Part shown: one piece after another, positions 1-9,078 of the stretch
Position numbering within the stretch: position 1 is the first letter of the stretch
How the letters are laid out: the number at the start of each line of letters is the position of its first letter
Virus record (IMG/VR): IMGVR_UViG_3300021425_002620
Length of the DNA: 64,000 nt
Strand: one strand, 5' to 3'
From: a virus
Taxonomy: Duplodnaviria; Caudoviricetes
Made by a program: the position numbers and the translations under genes
Notes under the pieces: generated by a model
The model's input: only the letters and a program-made list of their open reading frames with translations
What the model was told of the DNA's origin: nothing
The model's database searches: none

Positions 1-81
1 AATATATTCATGATGCAATTTTTGTGCGTCTTTAATAGCCTTTTCAAAGACAAGTTGTAGTTCTTTACTAGGTTCAACCAT
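1..81 (-). CDS. ClpA/ClpB-like Hsp100 ATPase, N-terminal fragment (runs off the window edge)
   Basis: Not in ORF track. ATG at 81 with AAGGAA upstream; reads MVEPSKELQLVFEKAIKDAQKLHHEYI, which resembles the ClpA N-domain start (L..A...A....HEY/F). Confidence 0.6.
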   Translation of the reverse strand, partial: MVEPSKELQLVFEKAIKDAQKLHHEYI

Positions 82-121
82 TTATATTTTATTCCTTGAT
101 TGTAATTTTGTGCATTGTTAA

Positions 122-149
122 ATTATAACACCACTGTATCAAAAGTCAA
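122..149 (-). promoter_or_regulatory. sigma70-type promoter for the clpA-like gene
   Basis: TTGACT-16nt-TATAAT with extended -10 TGn; overlaps the dnaJ stop region. Confidence 0.65.
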
Positions 150-990
150 GATGTATTTTACTTTTTAACTTATTAACTTCGTCAAGTAATTCTCCCTTGT
201 CGATTCGAGGAACAATCGCTTTCACAATAACAATAGCATTACCTTTTCTTCCGTTTCGCGGGTTTGGCATTCCTTTCCCACGTAGATTAAATTTCGCGCC
301 TGGATTTGTGCCTGGTGGTATTTTAACATTAAGTGTTGCTCCGTCAAGCATTTTTACATTTACTTGACAGCCTGTCATTAAGTCAAATACACTAACGGAT
401 TCTTCGCAATATAAGTCGTCGCCTTGTCTTAGCCATTTGTTGTGTTGTTTGATTCTTACTTTAACAAGTAGATCACCTCTAGGTAATCTGTTGTCTCTAT
501 CATCTCCTAAGTTTGCATATCTAACAGTTTGTCCTGCTTGTACGCCTGCAGGTAATGTAACAGTTACTTGCTCGACCTTACTAGATCCAGTTTGATACTT
601 TAATGGAACAGTGTGTCCACTAAACGCTTGTTCTAATGTAATGTCAGTAACAATCTGTATGTCTCTATTTGAACGTTGTCGCTGCTGTCCTCCAAATCCT
701 TGTCCAAAAAATGATGAGAACATATCATTCATGTCAGCACCACCAAACCCAAAAGGATTTTGAGCAAAACCCTGAGGGCCCATCTGTTGTGGATCGTCAG
801 TGCCATACTGATCGTACATTTGTTTGCGTTCAGAATTACTTAGTGTCTGATATGCTTGATTTATTTCTTTGAATTTAACTTCATCACCCCCACGATCAGG
901 ATGATGTTTCATAGACATTTTTTTGTATGCCTTACGAATTTCGTCTTGAGACGCTGTTTTGTTGATTCCGAGTGTGTTGTAGTAGTCCAT
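139..990 (-). CDS. dnaJ: DnaJ/CbpA-type co-chaperone (J-domain plus C-terminal domain, no zinc finger)
   Basis: MDYYNTLG...HHPDRGGD J-domain with HPD motif, G/F-rich linker, DnaJ_C motifs (GDLLVKV, LRGKGMP). Confidence 0.93.
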   Translation of the reverse strand: MDYYNTLGINKTASQDEIRKAYKKMSMKHHPDRGGDEVKFKEINQAYQTLSNSERKQMYDQYGTDDPQQMGPQGFAQNPFGFGGADMNDMFSSFFGQGFGGQQRQRSNRDIQIVTDITLEQAFSGHTVPLKYQTGSSKVEQVTVTLPAGVQAGQTVRYANLGDDRDNRLPRGDLLVKVRIKQHNKWLRQGDDLYCEESVSVFDLMTGCQVNVKMLDGATLNVKIPPGTNPGAKFNLRGKGMPNPRNGRKGNAIVIVKAIVPRIDKGELLDEVNKLKSKIHLDF

Positions 991-1022
991 ACAATTACTT
1001 ATCGCATGGACTACTTAGTGTT

Positions 1023-1355
1023 TTATTTTTTGGCAAGAGCCTCTTTGCCATAAAATGCTGCTACAATCGCTGCTACTGATACAAAATATGTAGGAGCCAT
1101 ATCCCCTAAAATTTTACCAGCATTTTCTAATCCAATTAGACTTGCAACAACTACTGCAAACGGATACAGTAGCATACCAAAGAGTGCAAACCATGCCATG
1201 TTGCGTTGTGCATCACGCATTGCATCTTCGTCTTCCATACGCTTCCGCTTAAACTCTAAATCAAGTTCCATTTCTTCTTTAGAAATATGTCCGTCACCGT
1301 TAGTATCTTTTGCTAAAAGTTCTGCGTCAACTGTAACTGTTTTCTTTTCTGCCAT
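1023..1355 (-). CDS. EF-hand-containing two-TM membrane protein, holin candidate
   Basis: DTNGDGHISKEE EF-hand loop, two hydrophobic helices, basic C-terminus, at the end of the lysis cluster. Confidence 0.6.
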   Translation of the reverse strand: MAEKKTVTVDAELLAKDTNGDGHISKEEMELDLEFKRKRMEDEDAMRDAQRNMAWFALFGMLLYPFAVVVASLIGLENAGKILGDMAPTYFVSVAAIVAAFYGKEALAKK

Positions 1356-1356
1356 T

Positions 1357-1716
1357 TTACTTTTTCCCCTCTAGTTTTTTAATTCGAGCATCGAGCTCTG
1401 GCCATACATCAAACTCGTGAAGCTCTTTGCATGGATGGCTGTTCTTTTCAAGTGCAATAAGTCTTGCTTCGATTTCATCAATCTTTGCAGTTATTTTAGG
1501 ATACTTTACACGCCACGCATTTGGATCATTTTGGAACCAAGTCCACCCCCAACGTATTGCTAAGTATTCTAATGTTGCATCAAATTTTTGTACAGCCCAT
1601 GTAGCCATTCTTGTATCTTTAAACCAGAACAAAAATGCTGCTCCAAATAGCGAACCTGCTATAGCTGTATAAATCCATAGACGATCACTCGCCATTTGTT
1701 GTATCATGTCCCACAT
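1357..1716 (-). CDS. hypothetical membrane protein
   Basis: 119-aa ORF with N-terminal TM helix; TATAAATA-like motif upstream at about 1742-1749. Confidence 0.7.
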   Translation of the reverse strand: MWDMIQQMASDRLWIYTAIAGSLFGAAFLFWFKDTRMATWAVQKFDATLEYLAIRWGWTWFQNDPNAWRVKYPKITAKIDEIEARLIALEKNSHPCKELHEFDVWPELDARIKKLEGKK

Positions 1717-1745
1717 AAAAAGCCCTCACATTCTATATATTGTAT

Positions 1746-2264
1746 TTATATAATATGACGTCTTACGCCAATAGAATAACTAGCACGATACATAACTACA
1801 CTAACTTTATTACTTTGATTCCCTCCAAGAATCCACCAATGTTCTACACCATTAATTTCTTGTTTGCGTAAAAAGAATCCAACATGTCCTTGCCAAGGAA
1901 TATTACCTCGAGGAAATATAACTATATCTCCTGGTTTAATTTTAGATCGTTCTATTGCTGTACCCCAATCTAAAAAAGCTCTTGCTGTAAGGGGATATCT
2001 GTGCGATCTATTACTAGGTATATTACTTTCTTCTAGTACACTATTAACAAAGGCAGCACACCATTCGGTACGCACTGGATCAACGCCAGTAAAATCTCGT
2101 AATTCTGCTCTGTGAGTTTGTTCTGTGTAACCTAAATAGCTCGCTGCTTTAAAAGCAGGATTACTTGTAGGTAAAATGATTTGATTTGGTTTTATTTCTC
2201 TAGGGTTTTCTGCTTGACATGCAGAAATTAAAGTCGCTAGAATAGCTATGAATATTGCCCTCAT
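1746..2264 (-). CDS. NlpC/P60-CHAP-like (TIGR02594-type) cell-wall hydrolase, predicted lipoprotein
   Basis: WCAAFVN catalytic Cys, GHVGFF His, LGGNQSNKV motif; signal ending in lipobox LISAC. Confidence 0.8.
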   Translation of the reverse strand: MRAIFIAILATLISACQAENPREIKPNQIILPTSNPAFKAASYLGYTEQTHRAELRDFTGVDPVRTEWCAAFVNSVLEESNIPSNRSHRYPLTARAFLDWGTAIERSKIKPGDIVIFPRGNIPWQGHVGFFLRKQEINGVEHWWILGGNQSNKVSVVMYRASYSIGVRRHII

Positions 2265-2273
2265 TTTCTTTCC

Positions 2274-2729
2274 TTAATTTCTAAATGGATTTAGTGATTC
2301 TAATATTGAAGGCTCTTCTATATTCTGCTGTGCTTCTACTTGTTCTTTAGCACCTTCAATATTTGCATTTGCTTTATCTAATGCTTCTTCTGATTCTTGA
2401 TAGTAACGTTTGTATGCAGCAATAATTGCTTTTTGTTGTTGCAGTAGTGCCATTACGTCACTTAGATTCAAAGATAATGTTTCATAACCGTCGTCAGTTA
2501 ACCCAATAAGAACAGGATCTTTTCTTGACCTTTCTAATTCGGCAAAAACTTCTTCAGCGTTTTCTCTTGTAATAAGAACAAACTCAACATCTCTTAGATT
2601 TAATTTTTGTGCATCTGGCAAAATTAGTTGAGGTTTGTCAACTGGCTTTGCTGATACTTCAATACGTTGTGGCATAGAAGAACAACCACTTACTATCATA
2701 ATTGTGATTATGAGTGCTAGATATCTCAT
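2274..2729 (-). CDS. outer-membrane spanin-like lipoprotein (Rz1/o-spanin)
   Basis: Start re-called at 2729 (ATGA overlap with upstream stop); lipobox VSGC then Pro-rich segment; follows the i-spanin candidate. Confidence 0.65.
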   Translation of the reverse strand: MRYLALIITIMIVSGCSSMPQRIEVSAKPVDKPQLILPDAQKLNLRDVEFVLITRENAEEVFAELERSRKDPVLIGLTDDGYETLSLNLSDVMALLQQQKAIIAAYKRYYQESEEALDKANANIEGAKEQVEAQQNIEEPSILESLNPFRN

Positions 2730-3223
2730 AGGTTTTTCCTCTTCCATGCTTCGGATTGAATATCCGGATTAAAGTTTGGATTAGCGTCTCTCCAACATTC
2801 TGGATTAATTTCGCTAGGTTTAGTTGCAGCTAATTCAGATTCTAATAATGGACTTCCACTTATTATTTCTAAACATCTTAGAACATTATTTGATGCGTTG
2901 TTAAGAACTTTTTGTGTTGCTTCAGTTCTTGAAACTGCTGCTGCTCCTATGTCGTGCCTTGATAATCTGTTTTCTAGTGCCTTATTTCTGTCATTAATTG
3001 CAGCAAAGTCATTTTGAAGTTTTTCGTTCTCAACTATCATTGCTGCAAAATCAGACTGCAAACTAGAAACAGTTTCTTCGCTTATAGCTACTGCCGTTTC
3101 TAGCTTTGCGTTGTTTTCATTAAGGATTTTCATACGTTCTTGTGTATCATTATAATACCAGCCAAACGCCGTCGCGGTTAGAAGTGTAACTATAAACATC
3201 ACCCCTGCCAATTTCATACCCAT
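2726..3223 (-). CDS. inner-membrane spanin-like protein (Rz/i-spanin)
   Basis: N-terminal TM helix followed by long coiled coil; directly downstream of the endolysin. Confidence 0.65.
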   Translation of the reverse strand: MGMKLAGVMFIVTLLTATAFGWYYNDTQERMKILNENNAKLETAVAISEETVSSLQSDFAAMIVENEKLQNDFAAINDRNKALENRLSRHDIGAAAVSRTEATQKVLNNASNNVLRCLEIISGSPLLESELAATKPSEINPECWRDANPNFNPDIQSEAWKRKNL

Positions 3224-3227
3224 AATG

Positions 3228-4103
3228 TTAGTCTCCTAAGAGAACTCCTAAAGTTGCTGGACCAGCAATACCGTCAGCAGTTAAGCCATTGGCTGCTTGC
3301 CACTCTTTAAGTGTTCTTTCAGTACCTGGACCAAATATACCATCAGCCCCAATACCAAGTGCTTCTTGCATTAGTTTAACACCTTCGCCTCTAGCACCTT
3401 TACGTAGTACTCCGATATCGTCAATGATATCTTCAATGTCATCATCGTCAGCTGCAAGTGCTTCAGCATCCATACCCAACACTTTGAGTGCATGTGTATA
3501 ACGCTTTTGACGATCTTCTAGTCCAATTGAACCACCATTAATAATCTTAGTCATACGTTTTACGTCATCGCCATCTGCAATGTCGTTTAAATTTTTATTG
3601 TCCCAGAACCAGCAAGCTGATTCAATAGCACCTGCTGGAGTTGCTACATATTCTGCTGCTTCTTCTGCTGTCATACCAATGCTTGCACCAAACCGTGTAT
3701 AGTTTTCGCGTCCTGTTAACTGCTTCAAACCACGACCACGGAATCTCCAACCGTCGCCTTCTTCTACGTTGCCCATTTTGTATTTACGAAACTCGTCCAT
3801 ATATACATAGTTTGCAATCATTTCTGGGTTACGTGCATATTCGGCTGCATCACGCTTAGGCGGTGCGCCAAAATATCTACCAAAAACTGCATTAAGTGCT
3901 TTTTCGCTATAGTTAAGATTTTCTTCTAGTCTTTTAAATCCGCCGCTTTCGTGGGCGCATTGGCTTAAGAAGTGTGCAACTCTGCGCTCTGTTGTAATAC
4001 CATATTTAGGTAGTAGTTCGCATAATGCATCATACCAATCGTCTGCGTCAGCAGAGATGATTTCTCCAAGATGTTCCTTGGTAAAGTCAAATTCAAAACT
4101 CAT
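3228..4103 (-). CDS. endolysin: GH19 chitinase/lysozyme-like domain plus C-terminal peptidoglycan-binding domain
   Basis: FLSQCAHESGGF, ENLNYS, GDGWRFRGRGLKQLTGRENY, INGG..GLEDR; C-terminal DGIFGPGT / DGIAGPAT repeats; start re-called to MSFEFDF. Confidence 0.9.
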   Translation of the reverse strand: MSFEFDFTKEHLGEIISADADDWYDALCELLPKYGITTERRVAHFLSQCAHESGGFKRLEENLNYSEKALNAVFGRYFGAPPKRDAAEYARNPEMIANYVYMDEFRKYKMGNVEEGDGWRFRGRGLKQLTGRENYTRFGASIGMTAEEAAEYVATPAGAIESACWFWDNKNLNDIADGDDVKRMTKIINGGSIGLEDRQKRYTHALKVLGMDAEALAADDDDIEDIIDDIGVLRKGARGEGVKLMQEALGIGADGIFGPGTERTLKEWQAANGLTADGIAGPATLGVLLGD

Positions 4104-4113
4104 ATTTCTTCCT

Positions 4114-4821
4114 TTATATTGAAACTCTTTCAACAACAAGAGTACTATCTTTATTATCGAAAGTTAGTTTATGTCCATATTTAGTAATATTATAGTCGCC
4201 GATATACTTAGAAAGAAAAATAATTTCTGCAAAGTCATCAGCATTGAAAGATTCTTGAATAGACTCTATTGTTGCTACAGTTGGTCCAAAATCAAGCACT
4301 TTAAATTGTATTGGATCGGCATATTCTTTTTTGACCGTTAGGATATCATCTAACATATAGCTTTCGCTCAAGTAACTTTTATTAAAAAAGTCATTATAGT
4401 GATTTTCAGATACATATGATTCGTATGCATCATTATCTAAAGGGATCATTTTTTCTAAAACATCTTGATCTAAATCATAAGATGTAAAGTTTTTGTGATA
4501 TCTATATTTTAAATCTAAACCAGTTAGATTTTTTACGCCAGCTGCTATTTCCATAATTTGTTCTGGCACATGTCTATTGCGTTCTATTTCAACAAATACT
4601 TTAAATGTGCCATCTGACTGTTCACCTGGTGTAGCATCTGCATCTAAAACAAATTCGTAACCTGACTCTAAAAAGTTTTCTAAGTCTTTAGCGGCCGCAA
4701 GTTCTTTAACACTAAAACATAATGTAACAATGTCTTTATCATCGCCCATTTTAGATTTATATGAGTCAACTTCTAATACTTTATAAACTAGATCTTTAAG
4801 ATCGCCTTTTCTTAGTCCCAT
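4114..4821 (-). CDS. conserved phage hypothetical protein
   Basis: 235-aa ORF coupled to the upstream ORF (TAATG overlap). Confidence 0.75.
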   Translation of the reverse strand: MGLRKGDLKDLVYKVLEVDSYKSKMGDDKDIVTLCFSVKELAAAKDLENFLESGYEFVLDADATPGEQSDGTFKVFVEIERNRHVPEQIMEIAAGVKNLTGLDLKYRYHKNFTSYDLDQDVLEKMIPLDNDAYESYVSENHYNDFFNKSYLSESYMLDDILTVKKEYADPIQFKVLDFGPTVATIESIQESFNADDFAEIIFLSKYIGDYNITKYGHKLTFDNKDSTLVVERVSI

Positions 4822-5339
4822 TACGCTACTGCTCCTGCTTCTGCTTCTGGTGCTGCAACTTCGTCTGCTGGCTGTGCTTCTTGTTGTGCTGTTATTTGGT
4901 TAGCAGGATCGAGTACAGTTTTTTCTAGTGCGCCACCATAAATTTCTGCTAGTAAACTTTTTGGTATTTGTATTTCAACCATCCAAATAGGCAAACGATC
5001 TAGTTTACCTTTCTTTGTTCCTGGACGATAGTCTTCTGGAGATTCAATTTTACGAGGAACAATTAGGTCTGATTTTTTATACTTAACTTTACAATCATAA
5101 TCTGTAAGACGTTTTCCGCCCATTGGATCAGGCATTTTGTCTCTTGGCCACATAAAACAACAGGTTACCCAATGTCTATCAATTTTAGGACCTTCACAGA
5201 GTTCACCTTCTTCCCAGTTGTCATAAACGTATAGATCTAAATCGTCTAATACACGTTCATAATCTTTTAAAACAGTAAATGCTGTGTCGCTGTTGTAAAT
5301 GCTTTCAACATTTTTTATTATATCTAAACTATCGTACAT
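4821..5339 (-). CDS. conserved phage hypothetical protein
   Basis: Start re-called to MYDSLDII at 5339 (GGAG SD, GATAAATA upstream). Confidence 0.75.
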   Translation of the reverse strand: MYDSLDIIKNVESIYNSDTAFTVLKDYERVLDDLDLYVYDNWEEGELCEGPKIDRHWVTCCFMWPRDKMPDPMGGKRLTDYDCKVKYKKSDLIVPRKIESPEDYRPGTKKGKLDRLPIWMVEIQIPKSLLAEIYGGALEKTVLDPANQITAQQEAQPADEVAAPEAEAGAVA

Positions 5340-5362
5340 TTGTTCTTTTCTCCGACTATACT

Positions 5363-5370
5363 TATTTATC
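5363..5370 (-). promoter_or_regulatory. late-promoter-like motif GATAAATA
   Basis: Same octamer recurs 20-40 nt upstream of several genes; resembles the T4 gp55 late promoter TATAAATA. Confidence 0.55.
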
Positions 5371-5493
5371 GTATTTACAATCAATACCACGTAGTTTTCT
5401 CTCATACTGAGATGGTAAATACTTTTGTAGGACAAGCATGTTCCTGCGAACGTGAACTAGCCTACTAATCCAAACTCATCATAGGAGGACTTA

Positions 5494-6222
5494 ATGGGTG
5501 CAAAAAGGAAACAGCGTTTACAAAACGCTAACTCAAACTCCAATTACAGTAATGTAATTAATTTCAAAACACATCAAAAAAAATTAAACGTAGAAATACT
5601 TCCAAGAAATAGACATCAAGAATCATATGTACTAAAACTGTTAGACCCGTCGAAAGACATAGTTTTTGGCATCGGGCCGGCAGGTACAGGTAAAACACTG
5701 TTAGCAGTACAAGTGGCTGTAAAGATGTTTAAAGAAGGAAAAGTTGATAAAATCATTGTTACAAGACCAGCAGTGTCAGTTGACGAAGATTTAGGGTTTC
5801 TGCCAGGCACATTAGAACAAAAAATGGCGCCTTGGACAAGACCGATATTCGACGTACTACGTGAGTATTTTGATGCTCGTCAAATCGAGGGCATGATCGA
5901 AGAAGGTATTATCGAGATTGCACCACTAGCATATATGAGAGGTCGTACATTTAAATCAGCATTTATTCTTGCTGATGAAATGCAAAATGCTACACCAAAT
6001 CAAATGAAAATGTTACTAACACGTTTAGGCGAATATTCAATGATGGCAGTAACGGGCGATTTAGCCCAAGCAGACCGTTTAAAAGATAACGGTTTAATCG
6101 ATTTTGTTACTTTGCTAGAAAAATCCAATTCAGAACGTTTGGACGTAGTCCATTTTGAGCAAGGAGATATTGAACGACATGATGCAGTTAAAGAAGTACT
6201 TCAAGTTTATGGAGACGAATAA
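5494..6222 (+). CDS. phoH: PhoH-family ATPase
   Basis: GPAGTGKT Walker A, TRPAV, LGFLPG, YMRGRTF, DEMQN, TRLGE, GDLAQAD; AGGAGG SD. Confidence 0.95.
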   Translation: MGAKRKQRLQNANSNSNYSNVINFKTHQKKLNVEILPRNRHQESYVLKLLDPSKDIVFGIGPAGTGKTLLAVQVAVKMFKEGKVDKIIVTRPAVSVDEDLGFLPGTLEQKMAPWTRPIFDVLREYFDARQIEGMIEEGIIEIAPLAYMRGRTFKSAFILADEMQNATPNQMKMLLTRLGEYSMMAVTGDLAQADRLKDNGLIDFVTLLEKSNSERLDVVHFEQGDIERHDAVKEVLQVYGDE

Positions 6223-6669
6223 CTAAATTTTAACTACATTTAATTTAGATTTTTCCAAAAAATCAATACCCTGTGTACTACGATATTCATTTTTGTAGTA
6301 CACAGTGGTTATACCACTTTGGTAAATTAATTTTGCACATTCTATACAAGGCGAATGTGTAATAAAAATACTAGCGCCTTCACCGCTTTCTGCTGAACGT
6401 GCTAATTTAGCAATGGCGTTCGATTCGGCATGTAGAACTTCTGTCTTAGATTTTAGTTCGTATTTTGCATCACTAGATCTATTACCATAGTCAACTAATA
6501 CTTCTTCCTCGCATTCATTAGTCCAACCACTAGGCATACCATTATAACCTATACTTATAATACGGTCGTCCTTTACAACAATCGCACCTACCTGCAAACG
6601 CTTTGCCGAACTTAGTTGTGCGAAACGTTCTGCAACATCCATGTACGCATCGATAAATTTTTGCTTCAT
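6223..6669 (-). CDS. dCMP deaminase
   Basis: VGAIVV...GYNG, HAESNAI, HSPCIECAKLI zinc-deaminase motifs. Confidence 0.92.
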   Translation of the reverse strand: MKQKFIDAYMDVAERFAQLSSAKRLQVGAIVVKDDRIISIGYNGMPSGWTNECEEEVLVDYGNRSSDAKYELKSKTEVLHAESNAIAKLARSAESGEGASIFITHSPCIECAKLIYQSGITTVYYKNEYRSTQGIDFLEKSKLNVVKI

Positions 6670-6670
6670 T

Positions 6671-6961
6671 CTAATATCCACTTCCTTTTGAATAGGGGTT
6701 GCCTGTAAACTCTTGTGCAGTCAAAGTCTTTTTTTTTGAATCTTTTGTGAGCTCGTATACAAGATATTCATTTGGTGTGTATATACGATCCCATGACAAG
6801 TTGTGTATAGGCGGTCTTCCCATTGCATCAAAATATGTTTTAACTAGCACATATTTTTGTCCAGGGTGTATTAGTTTGCCACTACCTGTGCGCTTCCACC
6901 AATATGCTCTTTTGTAAAACGCTCGTTGTTGCGGATCTCCATATGCAGTTGCACCCATCAT
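6671..6961 (-). CDS. hypothetical protein
   Basis: 96-aa ORF packed between thyA and dCMP deaminase. Confidence 0.6.
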   Translation of the reverse strand: MMGATAYGDPQQRAFYKRAYWWKRTGSGKLIHPGQKYVLVKTYFDAMGRPPIHNLSWDRIYTPNEYLVYELTKDSKKKTLTAQEFTGNPYSKGSGY

Positions 6962-7818
6962 ACAGCCATTGGAGCCTTAATACTCGGCATAGGATCGTAA
7001 TCTAATAATTTATAATCACTGGTTTTTGTTGTTAGTAATTCTGCAATGTTATCAAACGCTGGCATTTCAAGTTTAGGGCCCGGCTTAGGCTTTCGCATAA
7101 TTTGATCTTTAACTTGTAAATAATGGTTTTTATAGATATGACAGTCGCCACCAGTCCAGATAAATTCTCCTACTTCTAGTTTACAAATCTGTGCTAACAT
7201 ATGCGTAAGTAGACTGTAACTAGCAATGTTAAAAGGTACACCTAAAAACATATCTGCTGAACGTTGATATAATTGACAACTTAGTTTTCCGTTAATAACT
7301 TTAAATTGTGATAATGTATGGCACGGTGGCAACGCCATTTCGTCTAGTTTGTTTGGATTCCATGCACTTAGTATAATACGTCTACTATTTGGATCTCTAG
7401 TAATTTGACGTATAATTTCTGCAATTTGGTCAACACCATCGCCGTTAAAGTTACGCCATTGTGAACCGTATACAGGTCCTAAATGTTTTGTATGTGTAGT
7501 ATTAATATACCCTAGGTCTTTACCTTGCTTATCAGCATTTGCAGTCCAAATAGTTGTTTTGTCTATTAAATCATTGCGTGGCTTTTCAAAAGTAATTTCA
7601 GCAAGTCTGCGCTCGTCTGTACTACCTTCTAAGAACCACAACAATTCTCCTACAACACTTTTCCATGCAAGTCGTTTAGTAGTTACTGCAGGAAAACTTT
7701 CTTGCAAGTTAAAACGCATTTGATGACCAAACAGTGTTCTAGTACCAACGCCTGTCCGGTCTTCTACGTCTTCTCCTTCAATAAGAATCTTTTCTATTGC
7801 GTTTATGTACTGTTTCAT
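6958..7818 (-). CDS. thyA: thymidylate synthase
   Basis: DRTGVGT, ELLWFL, GPVYGSQWR, MALPPCH, YQRSADMFLGVPFNIASY. Confidence 0.97.
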   Translation of the reverse strand: MKQYINAIEKILIEGEDVEDRTGVGTRTLFGHQMRFNLQESFPAVTTKRLAWKSVVGELLWFLEGSTDERRLAEITFEKPRNDLIDKTTIWTANADKQGKDLGYINTTHTKHLGPVYGSQWRNFNGDGVDQIAEIIRQITRDPNSRRIILSAWNPNKLDEMALPPCHTLSQFKVINGKLSCQLYQRSADMFLGVPFNIASYSLLTHMLAQICKLEVGEFIWTGGDCHIYKNHYLQVKDQIMRKPKPGPKLEMPAFDNIAELLTTKTSDYKLLDYDPMPSIKAPMAV

Positions 7819-7969
7819 CTTTATCCTTTTCTATCGGGTTATCGTAGTAGTCGTGTGTGCCTGCTCTGTAACGCTGTTTACGCTCGGCTATAATCATAGA
7901 AGAATGCCAAGCTACCGATCCCATAAAAACAAGCAACACTAAACTAACGGCTATTTCAACAATACTCAT
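7778..7969 (-). CDS. small membrane protein
   Basis: ATG overlaps DHFR stop; one TM helix followed by a charged tail. Confidence 0.55.
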   Translation of the reverse strand: MSIVEIAVSLVLLVFMGSVAWHSSMIIAERKQRYRAGTHDYYDNPIEKDKDETVHKRNRKDSY

Positions 7970-8451
7970 GTTCGTTTCCAAATTTGAAATTTAACAGACG
8001 GGTGTTTTTCTTCGAAAGAAAGTGAAAAATTATCTTCAATTGCTTTAAGATCTAAAAACGTATCACAGTTATAATCACCCGGAATACGACTTAGATAAAA
8101 TTCATCAATAATTCCTAGTGTTTGATTAATAATATTTGGACCGCCAATAATCCAAGTTATTATTCCTGGGTTATCGTCTGCGTACATTCCAATCTCGTGC
8201 TTTAGATCTCCATTAATATAATAATGGGCGCCGGGGTACTCGTTAGCTCGAGATGTTGCTAAAACGTTTATTCTTTTAGGTAATGGTCGAGGCATGTGAG
8301 GATCTTTCCAAGTAGTCGACCCCATTATAACAGTATGACCTGCTGTGTTATCTTTAAACCATTTTAAGTCTTTACTGTTATGAGGCCAAGGAAGTGTTCC
8401 TCCTTTGCTTACTCCACCTTTATTATCACATGCTAGGATTGCTTTGATCAT
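7966..8451 (-). CDS. folA: dihydrofolate reductase
   Basis: MIKAILACD..GG..K.G.LPW, DLKWFK, MGSTTW, RPLPKRINV, IIGG; start re-called to 8451. Confidence 0.92.
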   Translation of the reverse strand: MIKAILACDNKGGVSKGGTLPWPHNSKDLKWFKDNTAGHTVIMGSTTWKDPHMPRPLPKRINVLATSRANEYPGAHYYINGDLKHEIGMYADDNPGIITWIIGGPNIINQTLGIIDEFYLSRIPGDYNCDTFLDLKAIEDNFSLSFEEKHPSVKFQIWKRT

Positions 8452-8599
8452 GCTCTTCACCAAAATGTACTGCTCTATTACCATCAGTGGTATAGGGTAC
8501 AATTTTTTTCCTTTTGTTTTCTTTAAAGATCTTATCCCAGTTGCTATCAAATGTTTTCTTATCAACTGAACTAGGTCTTTGTTTGCTTCCTTTGCTCAT
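8426..8599 (-). CDS. small hypothetical protein (MSKGSKQRP...NWDKIF)
   Basis: 57-aa ORF below track cut-off, abutting the ferredoxin stop. Confidence 0.55.
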   Translation of the reverse strand: MSKGSKQRPSSVDKKTFDSNWDKIFKENKRKKIVPYTTDGNRAVHFGEEHDQSNPSM

Positions 8600-8947
8600 T
8601 TATTCAATCTCTACTATGGGTATAATTCCATATTTTTCATATTTGTTAGGTTCTCCGTCATACTTTTCAGCATCGGGCATTGGATCTTTTTGATCTGTAA
8701 TATTAGGCCATTCTAAAGATGCACGTTCATTTATTTTAAACCAAAATTCTCGTTGATCGTCTGGTAATTCACTGTCTTGTACAATAGCATCTGCAGGACA
8801 CTCTGGTACACAAACTCCACAATCAATACATTCTTCAGGATTAATTGCTAGAAAGTTTTCACCTTCGTAAAAACAATCAACTGGGCAAACTGCTACGCAA
8901 TCAGTGTGCTTGCATTTAATACAATTATCTGTTACTAGATAAGTCAT
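8600..8947 (-). CDS. fdxA: ferredoxin, FdxA (7Fe) type
   Basis: [21 protein letters not shown]...[13 protein letters not shown]. Confidence 0.92.
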   Translation of the reverse strand: MTYLVTDNCIKCKHTDCVAVCPVDCFYEGENFLAINPEECIDCGVCVPECPADAIVQDSELPDDQREFWFKINERASLEWPNITDQKDPMPDAEKYDGEPNKYEKYGIIPIVEIE

Positions 8948-9078
8948 CTAACCTCCTATTACAGAGTACAAAATAATCAAAACAAATAAAGCCCACATAA
9001 CAATGCCGACTTTAAACATTTGCTCGCTTTTCTTTTTACCTGCGATCAAACCCATCTTTTTTAATTCTTTCCTTAAAT

